A stretch of DNA of 47,327 nucleotides, taken from contig NC_068983.1 in NCBI RefSeq assembly GCF_001194135.2, positions 96,244,508 through 96,291,834 of the forward strand, given 5' to 3'. Each line of letters begins with the position of its first letter. The stretch's first letter is position 1. Shown piece after piece: positions 25,505-37,624 of the stretch. The stretch is from Octopus bimaculoides. Taxonomy: Eukaryota. The notes beneath the pieces were generated by a model, which saw only the letters and a list, made by a program, of their open reading frames with translations, was not told the origin of the DNA and ran no database searches. Position numbers and translations under genes: made by a program.

Positions 25505-25866
25505 CACAGAGTTCAAATTCCGCCGAGTTCGACTTTGCCAGTCATCCTTTCAGGGTCGACAAAATAAGTACAAGTTGCGCATTCGACTTGCCCCTTCCCC
25601 CAAATTACTGACGCTGTGCCTAAATTTGAAATCCATATTCGGTGTTTCTCAAGGTAGCGAGCTGGCAGAATCGTTAGCAAGCCGGGCAAAATGCTTAGCA
25701 ACATCTCATCCGTGTACATTGTAAGTTCAAATTCCGCCGACGTCGACTTTGCCTGTCATGCTTTCAGGGTCGACAAAATAAGAACCAGTTAAGCACTGGA
25801 GTTGATGTTTTCGATTTCTCCCCTCCCCGAAGTTGCTGGCCTTGTACCAAAGTTTGAAATCAATGT
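25505..25866 (+). mobile_element. SINE A tandem dimer with three copies of a 14-16-bp target-like repeat
   Basis: Copies at 25505-25636 and 25651-25864; flanking repeats at 25489, 25637 and 25865. Confidence 0.9.
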
Positions 25867-25962
25867 TCAGTGTTTCTGATTGGAAGTTCTTAAATGTTTA
25901 TAACTAATTCTTGCTTTTTTTTTTTACTCCAGACGTTGAACTGTGACCTTGATGGGACAGCG

Positions 25963-26095
25963 CACTTATTCGATGGATCTCCTTTGCCCAACCGTTATGA
26001 CCCTGGAGCGAAAAAAAAAACAACACCAGTTGCCAAGCAGTGGATGGGATACAAACGAGGGCACAAAGGCAGGGAGACAAACCACACACATATAT

Positions 26096-26134
<39 letters not shown>

Positions 26135-26301
26135 TACACAATTCGATTGGTGCAGTTTCCGTCTACCAAATCAACTCACAAGACTATTCTCGGATCGGGG
26201 ATACAGTAGAAAACATTTGACCAAAGAGCCGTGCAATGGGATTGAACACAAGATCACAAGATTGGAGAGCAAGTTTCATACCCTCACACCTACGCCTGCA
26301 C
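25963..26301 (-). mobile_element. Old SINE B with both halves and a short internal microsatellite
   Basis: 3' module (cttattcgatggatctcctttgcccaaccg...gttgccaagcagtgg), then (CA)/(TA), then cagtttccgtctaccaaatc.actcacaag and the head. Confidence 0.75.
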
Positions 26302-26599
26302 TTATTCAGAACTTTAACTGATTTATACTTCAAGTCGCGCCTTGTCCATCTAATGTATCTTTAATTTCTCCCTCTCTCTCTCCCTCTCTCTCTTCCTCTC
26401 TCTCTCCCTCTCTCTCTTCCTCTTCCTCTCTCTCTCTCTCCCTCTCTCTTTCTCTCTCTCTCTCTCACACACACACAAACATTCATACCAACGTATACAT
26501 ACATTCATACACAACGCATATATACACTCATATTCACGTGCGAGCGCACTTATTCTTTATAACGTCGTATTAAGTGCTTGTGTGTGCTTTCATACCAAG

Positions 26600-26758
26600 G
26601 TGTCACTTTAGTGACTAGAAATCCGGACACACCGCCATCTTGGTTTCTCGTTCAACGGCTACAGCGGAATCGACTGAAAATTGAGTCTGTGTCAATATTC
26701 CTGGACCCTAGTGTAAAGCCATGTAGCTGACGTAGCTACAGTCACTAAATTTATACAC
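26600..26758. mobile_element. Possible small MITE
   Basis: Perfect 10-bp inverted repeat tttagtgact (26607-26616) / agtcactaaa (26740-26749) with outer gtgt/acac; no clear TSD. Confidence 0.35.
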
Positions 26759-26847
26759 ATAACTATTGTGCATCTTCCTGTTGTGCTAAAAAAGAGCAAA
26801 ACAAAAATCACTGGGTTGCCACGGTATTTACAACAAGCGCACATCAT

Positions 26848-26913
<66 letters not shown>

Positions 26914-27415
26914 CACACACACACACATGCACACACACAGTCACACACATGTATGTTTGTATGCGCACATTCATGTATGTATGTACATTTCTATCCATTT
27001 TGTATATATATATATGAATATATGTATATTTACATGTATCATCATAAATATACAGAGATTAGCATTGAGTTGCTTCTCCAACATACTGAAAATTTAGAAA
27101 TAGCAGTCAAAGAACTACTGATTCTAAACTACAAATTTTTCTCTAAATGGATGGCGATATTTGTGGCACACATATTCTTGTATATTTACATGTATGTAGG
27201 TATGTTTGTATGTACCTATGTATATATGTATGTATGTATGCGTGTGTGCAGGTATGTATATTTGTATTTATGCATGTATGTATATGCATGCATTATGTAT
27301 GTATGTATGTATGTATGCATGTATGTGTATGTATTGTCCCCAAATGCTGATGCATTTGTAGGGGCACTTATAAAACATATGGTGCGCCTTGGGCATTCTT
27401 CTGAAAATGAAGTGT

Positions 27416-27478
<63 letters not shown>

Positions 27479-27580
27479 CTGTGTCTGTGTGTGTGTCTGT
27501 GTGTACAAAGAAACATTTTATATTGGCCCTGTTTATATATCTACTGCATTGGTTAGATATATCATATCTTAAAACTGTGA

Positions 27581-27628
27581 TGACTGAGATCCTCGTTGAC
27601 TGAGATCCTCGATGACTGAGATCCTCGT
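27581..27628. repeat. 16-bp unit x3 (tgactgagatcctcgW)
   Basis: Direct reading. Confidence 0.95.
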
Positions 27629-28496
27629 CTCCTGATATTAAAGTAAGTGTTAAACATTTACAGTATGCTAATTAGTAGCTCCATTTCTCTGTAGGTAATG
27701 GATTTATTGAGTATATATTCCGATTGGCTAGTTGTTTCTCTGGGGTTGATCATACTGATGTAGAAACCTGTGAAGAGAACCGGAAAAAATTTCGCATATT
27801 GGTGAAGAAGATTGATTAAGGTTGTTCAATTTACGTAAAGATCTACGAAAAATTTGTAAAACTTCCCCTGCTGTAAAGGTATTATATATACATATTCAGG
27901 GGCGTATGTATGTGAAATAAAATCAGAGATATTTTTACCCCAAGTAGATATTACTGGAGTATTTAAAGCTATTGCAAAATCTTCTCGTCGTATCAAAAAT
28001 TATGGCATAATTTTTAGATCCCTTCTCTCTACAGTAGGTATTTGAAGGTCACAAGCGTTTCGGCGCTTAGCCTCTATGGTTATTTAATCTGAGCAACGAA
28101 GACTTAATTAGCATTCACAAGCAGAATGATTGCATCTGCTGTCTCTTATGAACTAAAACCAGATTTAGCCAGGTCTTTCCTAAGCGGATTTCAGATCAAA
28201 CTTCTTCATGAAACACCGCTCTGAAGTGATTAAAAAACTGCGCAGACGACTTCAATTTTAAAAGAGGGCGTGCATGTCGTCCTTTGACAAGAGCTATATA
28301 CATACATATATTTACACACACACACACACATTGTAATACTTACATTTCCCACCACATGATATTCCCTTCATTATCTGTCGACTGGAGATCACATGAACTT
28401 CGTGCCGAGTAGTACTGAGCCACCTCAGAATTTATATTTTGTTCCTTCTGACCCACACAACGTTGTAAGTTTTTCCTCTGGTCTTTTTGCAGATAG

Positions 28497-28615
28497 TGGA
28501 GGCGCAAGGCTAGTGGTTAAGATGTTGGACTCACGATCGTAAGATTGTGCTTTCGATTCCTGGACCGGGCGACGCAGTCTACTCAGCTGGCAAAGATGAA
28601 TTATCTTGCGACGAT
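28497..28615 (+). mobile_element. SINE C, internally deleted
   Basis: ggaggcgcaaggctagtggttaagatgttggactcacgatcgtaag...tttcgattcctggaccgggcgacgc/agtctactcagctggcaaa; A- and B-box-like motifs present. Confidence 0.85.
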
Positions 28616-29546
28616 CCAGATCCAAAATCCGTGACAGCCACGTAAGAGCAGTGTTGATCTACCTACAAATCAGTGGATGTACCTACAAATCACTGCCATC
28701 CTCATCACTAACATGCTTTCTGAAGTTCTTCATATGTACCCATACCATATTTCTTTCAAAAACACTGTCAACTTAACAATCAGTAGTAGTTTTTATCAGT
28801 TCAGACGGTGCCACAAAACATGGCATTGCTTCGATGTTGTAGTTTGGCAATATGGAATGGGAACTACAGTGCCTCCTTCAGATCCACTTACCACTTCCAA
28901 TCACTGGTTCTTAATAAAGAATTCTGAGTCTCAGTTTCTGTTTATTCATGTTCCTGTGTAGTCATCTCTTGCGCTCAGCAGGAGGCAATTTGGTATTAAT
29001 TCTCATTGCAGTAACTATACACTGTATACAAACATACATACATTTTACACCTGTACAGTATATGTGTAACAGACTTGGACATAATGATTGATAGCAGAGA
29101 AAATAAAGTGTCTATACTTGCAGAAATAAGTTGCCAAGCAGATGTTAACATAATATTAAAGATAACAGAGAAAGAAAAGGACGAGTCTGAAATAATGAGA
29201 AATCGGCAGATACTCCACTGAGACTAGCTGAATATTTATAACTTTAATTATAGGGGCACTTTATTATGTAACTCTAAGGTTCATTATCAGTCTTAAGAAG
29301 TTCGTTTCACAAACAAAAAAGACACAGCTGTGTAAGTAATTACAATAACAAGCTGTTAATGGAACAGTTAAAATGTGTAAAACTTTCGAGAGATATGGTC
29401 TGTAATTGATATATACTCCCCTTTATATATTAATACATGTAATACACATACATATACATAATGATGCAATTAGATATAGCAAAATACCTAGACTTGCATA
29501 CGCAGTGAGATGAATTCTGCAATACATAGAAACATACATAGAGACA

Positions 29547-29586
<40 letters not shown>

Positions 29587-29701
29587 TAAGTGGTAGGTTT
29601 GCCTCGATCCTTCAGGGGTAGTCTGAAGCATCCAAGCAACCAGTGGATGTTTAAATCCGGAGGCACTCCTGGGGATCACCTGTATGGGTACCATCTTATG
29701 C

Positions 29702-29783
29702 ATGTCTCTATGTATGTCTCTATGTATGTCTCTATGTATGTCTCTATGTATGTCTCTATGTATGTCTCTATGTATGTCTCTAT
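29702..29783. repeat. 12-bp minisatellite (atgtctctatgt)n, about 7 units
   Basis: Direct reading. Confidence 0.9.
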
Positions 29784-29794
29784 ATATAAGTATT

Positions 29795-30215
29795 GTAGCT
29801 AGTTGTAAAGTTTCAGTGAGAGATGAGAGTAGTAACTATACTAACAAGTAAAATTAATCGCCACATCAATGTGGCTGTTCATGCTACTGCTAGTTTAACC
29901 CCAGGCAGATTGTCCACTAGGTGATTATCGGTGCAACTCTGCACCCAGTACTTATATATTGCTAGCAAGGAAGTGAGCCCCTACTATTCTCCAGCAAATG
30001 ACAGGATCGCGAGACCGATTCGGTTTGAGCTAGTTTACTCAACCTCAGTCGCGAACACTTCGTCGACAGAGAGAGATGGCAGGAGTCCGCTGCAGCCAGC
30101 AATATATTGTAAACCGAACGAACTTCGGACACTGATTTGCAATAAACAAAGTAGTTAGTTGTAAAATCTCAATAAGAGATGAGAGTTGGAAATATACTAA
30201 CAAGTAAAGTTAATC
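29795..30215. repeat. 65-bp imperfect direct repeats (29795-29859 and 30151-30215)
   Basis: gtag.tagttgtaaa.t.tca.t.agagatgagagt.g.aa.tatactaacaagtaaa.ttaatc. Confidence 0.85.
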
Positions 30216-30511
30216 CACACACACACACACACGCACACACACACACACACNNNNNNNNNNCACACACAAGTATTTTATTAGCTTAAAGCTTATAAGAGAT
30301 CAACATGCAATGAATAAAGAAAATAGTTTAATAATGGGGCATATAAACTCCCGACGGAAAAAAAGTAGGTTTTCCCACGCATATAGGGCTTTTAGTTCAT
30401 AAAATACTATTATTATTTACAGAATTTATAAAATTGACGCTGCTTACCAAAATAACCATCGCATATGTATGTATTTATGTATGTATGTATGTATGTAGAG
30501 AGAGAGAGAGA

Positions 30512-30574
<63 letters not shown>

Positions 30575-30790
30575 AGAGAGAGAAAGACATGAATACTTTG
30601 TTGATGGAGATTAAATTCCACTGGAAGTGTTGTTCTTGGAAACCTACGCTTTCTTCATTGGAAACAAAATTAAAATTAACACAACGGAATTAACATACAT
30701 ACATGCATACATACATACATACGTACATACGTACATACGTACATACGTACATACATACATACATACATACATACATACATACATACATAC

Positions 30791-31331
30791 AGTACCAGGT
30801 AGTGACTCTCATGGCCTCTGATCTTAATTGATTGGAAGTGTTATCATGTACATTGTTTTGTCTTGGTATAAAAGATTGGCTATAGCAAACATTCTGCTTA
30901 ATACCACAGATTTGCTTGTCAGTTGTTTGACCTTATTCAGTTGAGCATGTCCCTTGGTGGCTGACGATATGTGCATCTCTGATCATGAGCAGAAGTAGTG
31001 GGGGAGCATCATAGCCATGTGTTGAGAGGAATTCTTTGTGGTTTGAATAATTCACCTTTGGAAACATGGGTGTTTTGCTCAACATCCTTAAACAAACCTT
31101 ATTCAGGGACCTTTTGAGCGGGATGGGCTACTCGACCTGAAGAAAATTCTAACTGGGCCCCACCTGTGAGGTCATGCGCTGTTTATCTTGATATGGGATC
31201 ACCATGTCGCGCACATATGCTTGGGATGCATGTACCTGGTGTGCCCTTATCAGACGGGTAGTCATGATGGGTATACTGGGTTTCGTATATTTTACACCAG
31301 TGTCACTTTGATGGCATGCACTGCTCTCTAA
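30791..31331. mobile_element. Unclassified interspersed repeat of about 540 bp between (TACA)n tracts
   Basis: GC-richer block with sharp microsatellite boundaries. I recall it as an abundant octopus repeat, but it is single-copy in this window so this is unverified. Confidence 0.5.
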
Positions 31332-31407
31332 TACATACATACATGCATGCATGCATAAGTACGTACATGTCTCAAATCCGTATTGATGTCATATGAATCA
31401 CGTATTG

Positions 31408-31800
31408 TGACACTGAAACAACACCTGCAGCAATGGAAAGAGACCAGTAAGTATCTTACCCCAGTTTGTGACCATCAAATCGACAACATAATTAATATAG
31501 CAAATGAAGATGAGGAGGTATATGAAATAACAGCTAATACAGATCTCTCACCAGAATAATATCTATTTATCAGAAGAACAATTTTAAAAGAGGACCAGTT
31601 CACTGAGAAGATAGTACATGGGTGCTTAATACGTAAAACACAAACCATACAAGGGATCGATCACGTTAAATGCTTTGCATGAAATACCAACAAGTTTATG
31701 ACATCCTCCTCCGAATCCTATATCCATGCAATCCAAGAACAAGCTACCCTCTCCTCGTGCTTACAGCACAAAAATCAGAAAACGTTGATAGGCAATCATC
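31408..31800 (+). mobile_element. R4/Dong-like non-LTR retrotransposon fragment (post-RT region)
   Basis: One frame, two stops: ...EDQFTEKIVHGCLIRKTQTIQGIDHVKCFA*NTNKFMTSSSESYIHAIQEQATLSSCLQHK. This resembles the R4-clade K.LHG...D...S..W.....L..E.EG.I.A.Q.Q motif (recalled). Confidence 0.65.
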
Positions 31801-31801
31801 C

Positions 31802-32030
31802 GAGGCGCATGTTTTAGTAGTTAGGGTGTCAGCATCATGATTCGATTCCTGGACCGGGCGACGCGTTGTGTTCTTGAGCAAAACACTTCATTTCACATAG
31901 CTCCAATCCACCCAGCTGTCAAAAATGAATAATCCTGCGACGGACTGGCGTCCCGTCCAGTTGGGTAAGATATACGCCATGAAACCGGGAAACCGGCCCT
32001 GATGAGTCAGTATGATTCGAGAAGATAACT
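31802..32030 (+). mobile_element. SINE C, near full length
   Basis: gaggcgcatg..tagtagttagggtgtc...ttcgattcctggaccgggcgacgcgttgtgttcttgagcaaaacacttcatttcac...ctccaatccacccagctg. Confidence 0.9.
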
Positions 32031-32402
32031 TAGTCCACCTGGTGAATTATTCCGTACCACCAAGCAACATTGTATTTACTTTTGTCGTAAACAACCTGCT
32101 TGCCCATTGGTGAGGAAACTTATTAGGTGTCATCACCTGTAATTTCTAGAAAGTCACAGACACTAAGCTGGCTTTACCTGATATTTTTCGGTTTGGCAGA
32201 TAATGTCTTTGTACTACTAGATTTTTAACGACTGTCTAGAGCAGGTAAAACTAGTGATTTGTGGCAGTTTAGTCGTTGAAGATGCGACTGTCATGGATTG
32301 TTCTCAATCACACGTTAACAATAGCGTTCGAGTAACCCTTTAACCATGTCTAGCTAGCTGTAAATAAACAATTCAGGTTCTACACCTCAGAGCTTTAAAA
32401 AC

Positions 32403-33636
32403 TGGCTACTTTACACATTTGAGGAGTACATAATTGGCTTTCAATATTGTGTAGAATTTTTCCTTCAAGAAAAGCTACTCGAAAAAAAAAAACAATTATA
32501 CTATTCAAAATAAAGTTTGTCTGTCTCTCTCACGCTCATCAGATTCTTTGGAAACCAGAAATAGACACAAGCTACACGAAACTTTGTGATTGAGGAAGTA
32601 CTTTTGAATGTAAAAGTGATGTTTTATTTTATGCTACAGGGATCGCTTATTGTATACAGAATATCTAAACAATGCAAAACATTAGAATGAATGCTGAAAG
32701 TTTTTTTTCGTTCTCTGTTGGAATTTTGATACAAACGTCGTTGTCAGGAAAAATTTGGTTTCATAACGAAACAAATATAATTATTGAAGTGATTACTAAA
32801 GAACAAATCAATTTGGTGCAAACAGTTACGTATAGACGCTTTGTTTGGTAATTTTCCAGATAGTTTGTCCGAAATTCTGCTACGAACTGACTGTTTACAT
32901 AGTAAAGCAGTTTAATAAACTTTTAACTTGCTGAGGAGTGATTATTGTATAAATATTGTGGTAAGGGTAAGTGGTGCGATTCCGATGGACTTCACTTAAG
33001 CTATTCAACAATGGTAAAGTATTTATTTTACACACAGCTGATGCAAACAGAATCTAACATGAAATATTTGTTTTCTGCTTGAGGCCTAATCTTTATTTGG
33101 AGAGGAGTTACATTTATAATTTTATGTAAAAAACAGAAATGGATTTTACGATGACAATACTTTTCTACACTCGAAACCCAAGGAATGTGAAGTAGCCAGA
33201 ACTGAAAATCGAAAGGGTAGCGAGAAGTCAGTTTCCTACATGTTTTTTTCTATGGTCTAAGTCAACGCCCAAAAGGGTAACCTCATCAACAGAAACTCAT
33301 GATATAATCGTGACGAAATATATCATTGAGTGGTCGCTACTCCTCATTTGCACAATCTGTTGTGAGGTTAACTCCCAGCCGTTGCTATTGCTAGTACTCA
33401 TTTGCAACTGAAATGAACTAGCTCACTCAAGGCCAAACAATGGCTGCTTTACACATTTGAGGAGTACTTAACTGGTTTTCAATATTGTGTAGAACTTGTC
33501 CTTCAGGAATAACTACAAGTGAATAGCAATTATACTATTCAAAATAAAGTTTGTCTGTCTCTCTCACGCTCTTTCATCAGATTCAAAAGAAACCAGAGAT
33601 AGACTCCAGCTACACGAACCTTTGTGATTCAGGAAG
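32403..33636. repeat. About 196-bp direct repeat pair (32403-32598 and 33441-33636)
   Basis: Colinear, sharing long exact blocks such as caattatactattcaaaataaagtttgtctgtctctctcacgctc. Confidence 0.9.
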
Positions 33637-34909
33637 TGTAACTCATTTGTTTTATCTATTTGTCTATGGAGTATTAGCACATGTTTTATATCACGAGACA
33701 TTGTGAGTTAAACTAGTGATCCTTCATGACGTCTGAAGGTTATTCAGTGTAAGAATATTATCATATCACTTGGCATTATGCAAAATAGGCTTTCTGTTTA
33801 GCTGGGCTCATATTAACAAAAGATTATGTCTGTTTATATCACCCACCTAAGATATTAACTATAAACGATTAAAACCGATTATTACTTTTTATTGAGCAAG
33901 AATATGTGGAGCAAACATTTCAAGTGAGAGGTCTCGATTGAACGCTATGCAATACTCATCACAGTCATAGAAATATAGAAAAATGGACAACCAGTTGAAT
34001 CGAGACACTAAAAGATAAATTCATTTTTTTTTTACAACATTTTATTTAATAAAAAGAAGAGATTCTTTGCATGGTTAAAAGAAAACAGCAAAAGCAATTT
34101 TGAGTTTTAATAATTTTCAGAGTCGGAATTATAAAGTCTTTATAAATCGTGTTTAAATACTCGCGAGTTAGATAAATATTACTATGTTGTCCTCGTATAA
34201 TATCTTAGTGACATTTGGTTGAGAAGTTTTCCATAATTGACTAAATGGGTTGCTCTACTTTAAATTATCCATATAATAAAATCTAGTACAACAAACAACA
34301 AAAACATATAACCTCAACATTTGGAATAATATATTGTTTGTAAAATACCAGGGGTTAATTATTCATTAGACATTGCTCATAAGTGATAGGTCATTTTTTT
34401 CAAACCTTCGCAGATAGACTTCATATCTTCTGACTCTATCTAATTTGGATCAAGAAATTCGATGAAGTATAGAAAGGTCACTCCACAAATAACATAGAGC
34501 ATATGTCGTGAATGACAAAGTGTCCACCTCATGAGAGATAAAAGTTAGATGAATGATATTGCATCGGAATGTTTGTATTTAAGATAATCGTTTAAAAACT
34601 AAACTTGCTTATACTGGAATAGATCCACGAAGGTCATCGCAGTACTACTACAAAGCCAACAGACTGAAAATATCATTTGCAATTAGCTAAATTAAATGTA
34701 TTATCTAGGAATTACTGTGGAATATGGCATAGAAGCTACATACATGTATCAGATGCTATAGGTATTTCTAAGGTTCTCCTATTTCCAAGTTCAAATCCAC
34801 TCAAGGTCATCTTTTATTTTCATACTTCTATTACACATGTACAGACACAAGCAGGCATGCACACGCACATACATATATATTTATATATAAACACTAATAC
34901 ACACACAGC

Positions 34910-34955
<46 letters not shown>

Positions 34956-35435
34956 CACGCACACATATATGCATTGGTATATAATTTATTTTTGGTGTGT
35001 TTGGGGACCATGATTCTCTTATAGTGCCTTATCATATACATATNNNNNNNNNNNNNNNNNNNNNNNNNNNNNNNNNNNNNNNNNNNNNNNNNNNNNNNNN
35101 NNNNNNNNNNNNNNNNNNNNNNNNNNNNNNNNNNNNNNNNNNNNNNNNNNNNNNNNNNNNNNNNNNNNNNNNNNNNNNNNNNNNNNNNNNNNNNNNNNNN
35201 NNNNNNNNNNNNNNNNNNNNNNNNNNNNNNNNNNNNNNNNNNNNNNNNNNNNNNNNNNNNNNNNNNNNNNNNNNNNNNNNNNNNNNNNNNNNNNNNNNNN
35301 NNNNNNNNNNNNNNNNNNNNNNNNNNNNNNNNNNNNNNNNNNNNNNNNNNNNNNNNNNNNNNNNNNNNNNNNNNNNNNNNNNNNNNNNNNNNNNNNNNNN
35401 NNNNNNNNNNNNNNNNNNNNNNNNNNNNNNNNNNN

Positions 35436-35502
<67 letters not shown>

Positions 35503-36004
35503 ATATGTATAATTTAGTAATGCAAACCGGTTAAACGACAAAGTCCACATTGGTTAACAGGATTGGTTGGACTTCAGAAGAGGTTCTGTGTATTAATCCT
35601 TCTATTTCATCATCTACCAATGTGTGCATGCATGCATGTGTTTGTACGTGCATGTGGGTGCGTATGCGCGTCGTCTTTTTTTTATTACTAAAACTGATGC
35701 TGAGTGTTTACCTCGTGGCTCAACTTTCAAAGCCAATGCAATCCTCAGGCAAAACAGATCACAGTGATATGAAACACGATTCAGCTTAAGTTACAATAAA
35801 AACATAACTTCTGTAACGTTTTGAGAACCCATGTCTTGTTCGTCCGACATTAAGCAACATACATGAATACACATACACATATTTAAGCGACTGAGTGTAC
35901 CAGTCACATTTAGTGTCAATTACATTTTTCCTTTATGGTATTACATTGAGTCTAGCTGTTTATATTACAACATCGTTATTTCTCGCTGTACCTGTGAAAT
36001 CTTG

Positions 36005-36397
36005 TATCCCAGCAGTAAGGCCTTATTTCCATATACGCCAGCTTCATTTTATTCGTCCAGTCGAAAGACATCTGTTGTTATGTCCCGTTATTATTCCTAT
36101 TGTATTTGTGCAACATTGTTCGTTTTTTTTGTCCTTGTTTTTGTATACATTCGCTGCTTTTTTCCAAGGAATCTAATGCTCTTAGCTTAGTTTTTCCTTG
36201 GGGCTGGCCAGATTGGAGCAATTTCGAGAATAGCCAGCCGAAATTGCAAGGGTAATCTGGATCTCGACTGAAGAGAGAAAACTCCGAATGACATGTCCAT
36301 GTTTTCTTTGTATCGTCTATCTATATGTTTTGTCCCTTTCTTGTATCACCTAACTGTCTGGATGTTTTGCGTTCTTGCTCTATTCTGTATTATACAT
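36005..36397. repeat. Repeat family E, copy 2 (longer; runs into gap)
   Basis: Homologous to 5996-6233 and continues past the point where copy 1 stops. Confidence 0.85.
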
Positions 36398-36911
36398 NNN
36401 NNNNNNNNNNNNNNNNNNNNNNNNNNNNNNNNNNNNNNNNNNNNNNNNNNNNNNNNNNNNNNNNNNNNNNNNNNNNNNNNNNNNNNNNNNNNNNNNNNNN
36501 NNNNNNNNNNNNNNNNNNNNNNNNNNNNNNNNNNNNNNNNNNNNNNNNNNNNNNNNNNNNNNNNNNNNNNNNNNNNNNNNNNNNNNNNNNNNNNNNNNNN
36601 NNNNNNNNNNNNNNNNNNNNNNNNNNNNNNNNNNNNNNNNNNNNNNNNNNNNNNNNNNNNNNNNNNNNNNNNNNNNNNNNNNNNNNNNNNNNNNNNNNNN
36701 NNNNNNNNNNNNNNNNNNNNNNNNNNNNNNNNNNNNNNNNNNNNNNNNNNNNNNNNNNNNNNNNNNNNNNNNNNNNNNNNNNNNNNNNNNNNNNNNNNNN
36801 NNNNNNNNNNNNNNNNNNNNNNNNNNNNNNNNNNNNNNNNNNNNNNNNNNNNNNNNNGTGAGAGAGAGAGGGAGTGAGAGAGAGAGGGAGTGAGAGAGAG
36901 AGGGAGTGAGA

Positions 36912-36953
<42 letters not shown>

Positions 36954-37046
36954 AACAGACAAACAGACAGATGACAGGCTGAGAGAAAGAGAGAGAGAGA
37001 GAGACAGATTGTGAAATAGATAAGTAGATTGATAGATGTATGTATA

Positions 37047-37361
37047 TGTTGAGACCCCCTTCGGTCATGACTGACCATGGGATTGCACCTAGTAAATTAC
37101 CTTCCTAGGCACAAGTCCGGGCAAGGTTGTTTATGGAAGACCAGCAGTCGCCCATGCATACCAGCCATCGATGTTATCCAAGGGAAAGGCAAGGGCCGAT
37201 ACAGCTTGGCACCTATGACGTTGCAACTCATTTCTACAGCTGAATGAACTGGAGCAACGTGAAATAAAGTGTCTTGCTCAAGAACACAACACGTAACCCA
37301 GTCCGGCATTCGAACTCACAACCTCACGATCGTAAGCTCGACGCTCTAGCCACTGAGTCAT
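37047..37361 (-). mobile_element. SINE C, full length with long tail
   Basis: Reverse strand: tggctagagcgtcgagcttacgatcgtgaggttgtgagttcgaatgcc...gttgtgttcttgagcaagacactttatttcacgttgctccagttcattcagctgtagaaatgag. Confidence 0.9.
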
Positions 37362-37527
37362 ATATATATATAGATAGATAGATAAATAGATATTATTCAT
37401 TTAAAATATAGAGATGCCTATAATAGGACATCTACCCGCTAGAAAGAGTAGCAAAAAACTCTATATCACAAAAATAGGGATAATTTCGAAAGAGAATGAA
37501 ACATAAAAACATTTTTACCAGTCTACA

Positions 37528-37598
37528 CTCTGTACCATGGTTTCAAGCTATTTAGCTAGATAAAATTATATCTAACTCCGGGGCTTTCATCAGCAGAG
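37528..37598 (-). ncRNA. Minimal type I hammerhead ribozyme, second family
   Basis: CUCUG CUGAUGA AAGC[..34 nt..]GCUU GAAA C CAUG GUA/ CAGAG. Helix I is 5 bp Watson-Crick, helix II is 4 bp plus a distal 9-bp stem, and helix III is the palindrome ACCAUGGU. Predicted cleavage between 37533 and 37532. Confidence 0.85.
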
Positions 37599-37624
37599 AT
37601 CCGGATTAGCGTGNNNNNNNNNNA

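Noticed and set aside
25959-26555. 13-bp direct repeat agcgcacttattc as TSD of a SINE B plus upstream block
   Set aside because: The left copy overlaps the SINE's own acttattc motif, so the match is partly explained by the element.
27581-27628. CRISPR-like or regulatory array
   Set aside because: Contiguous 16-bp tandem repeat without spacers, in a eukaryotic context.
31999-32025. CTGATGA-GTC-agtat-GAT in the SINE C tail
   Set aside because: No GAAA after the stem, and no helix I or III.
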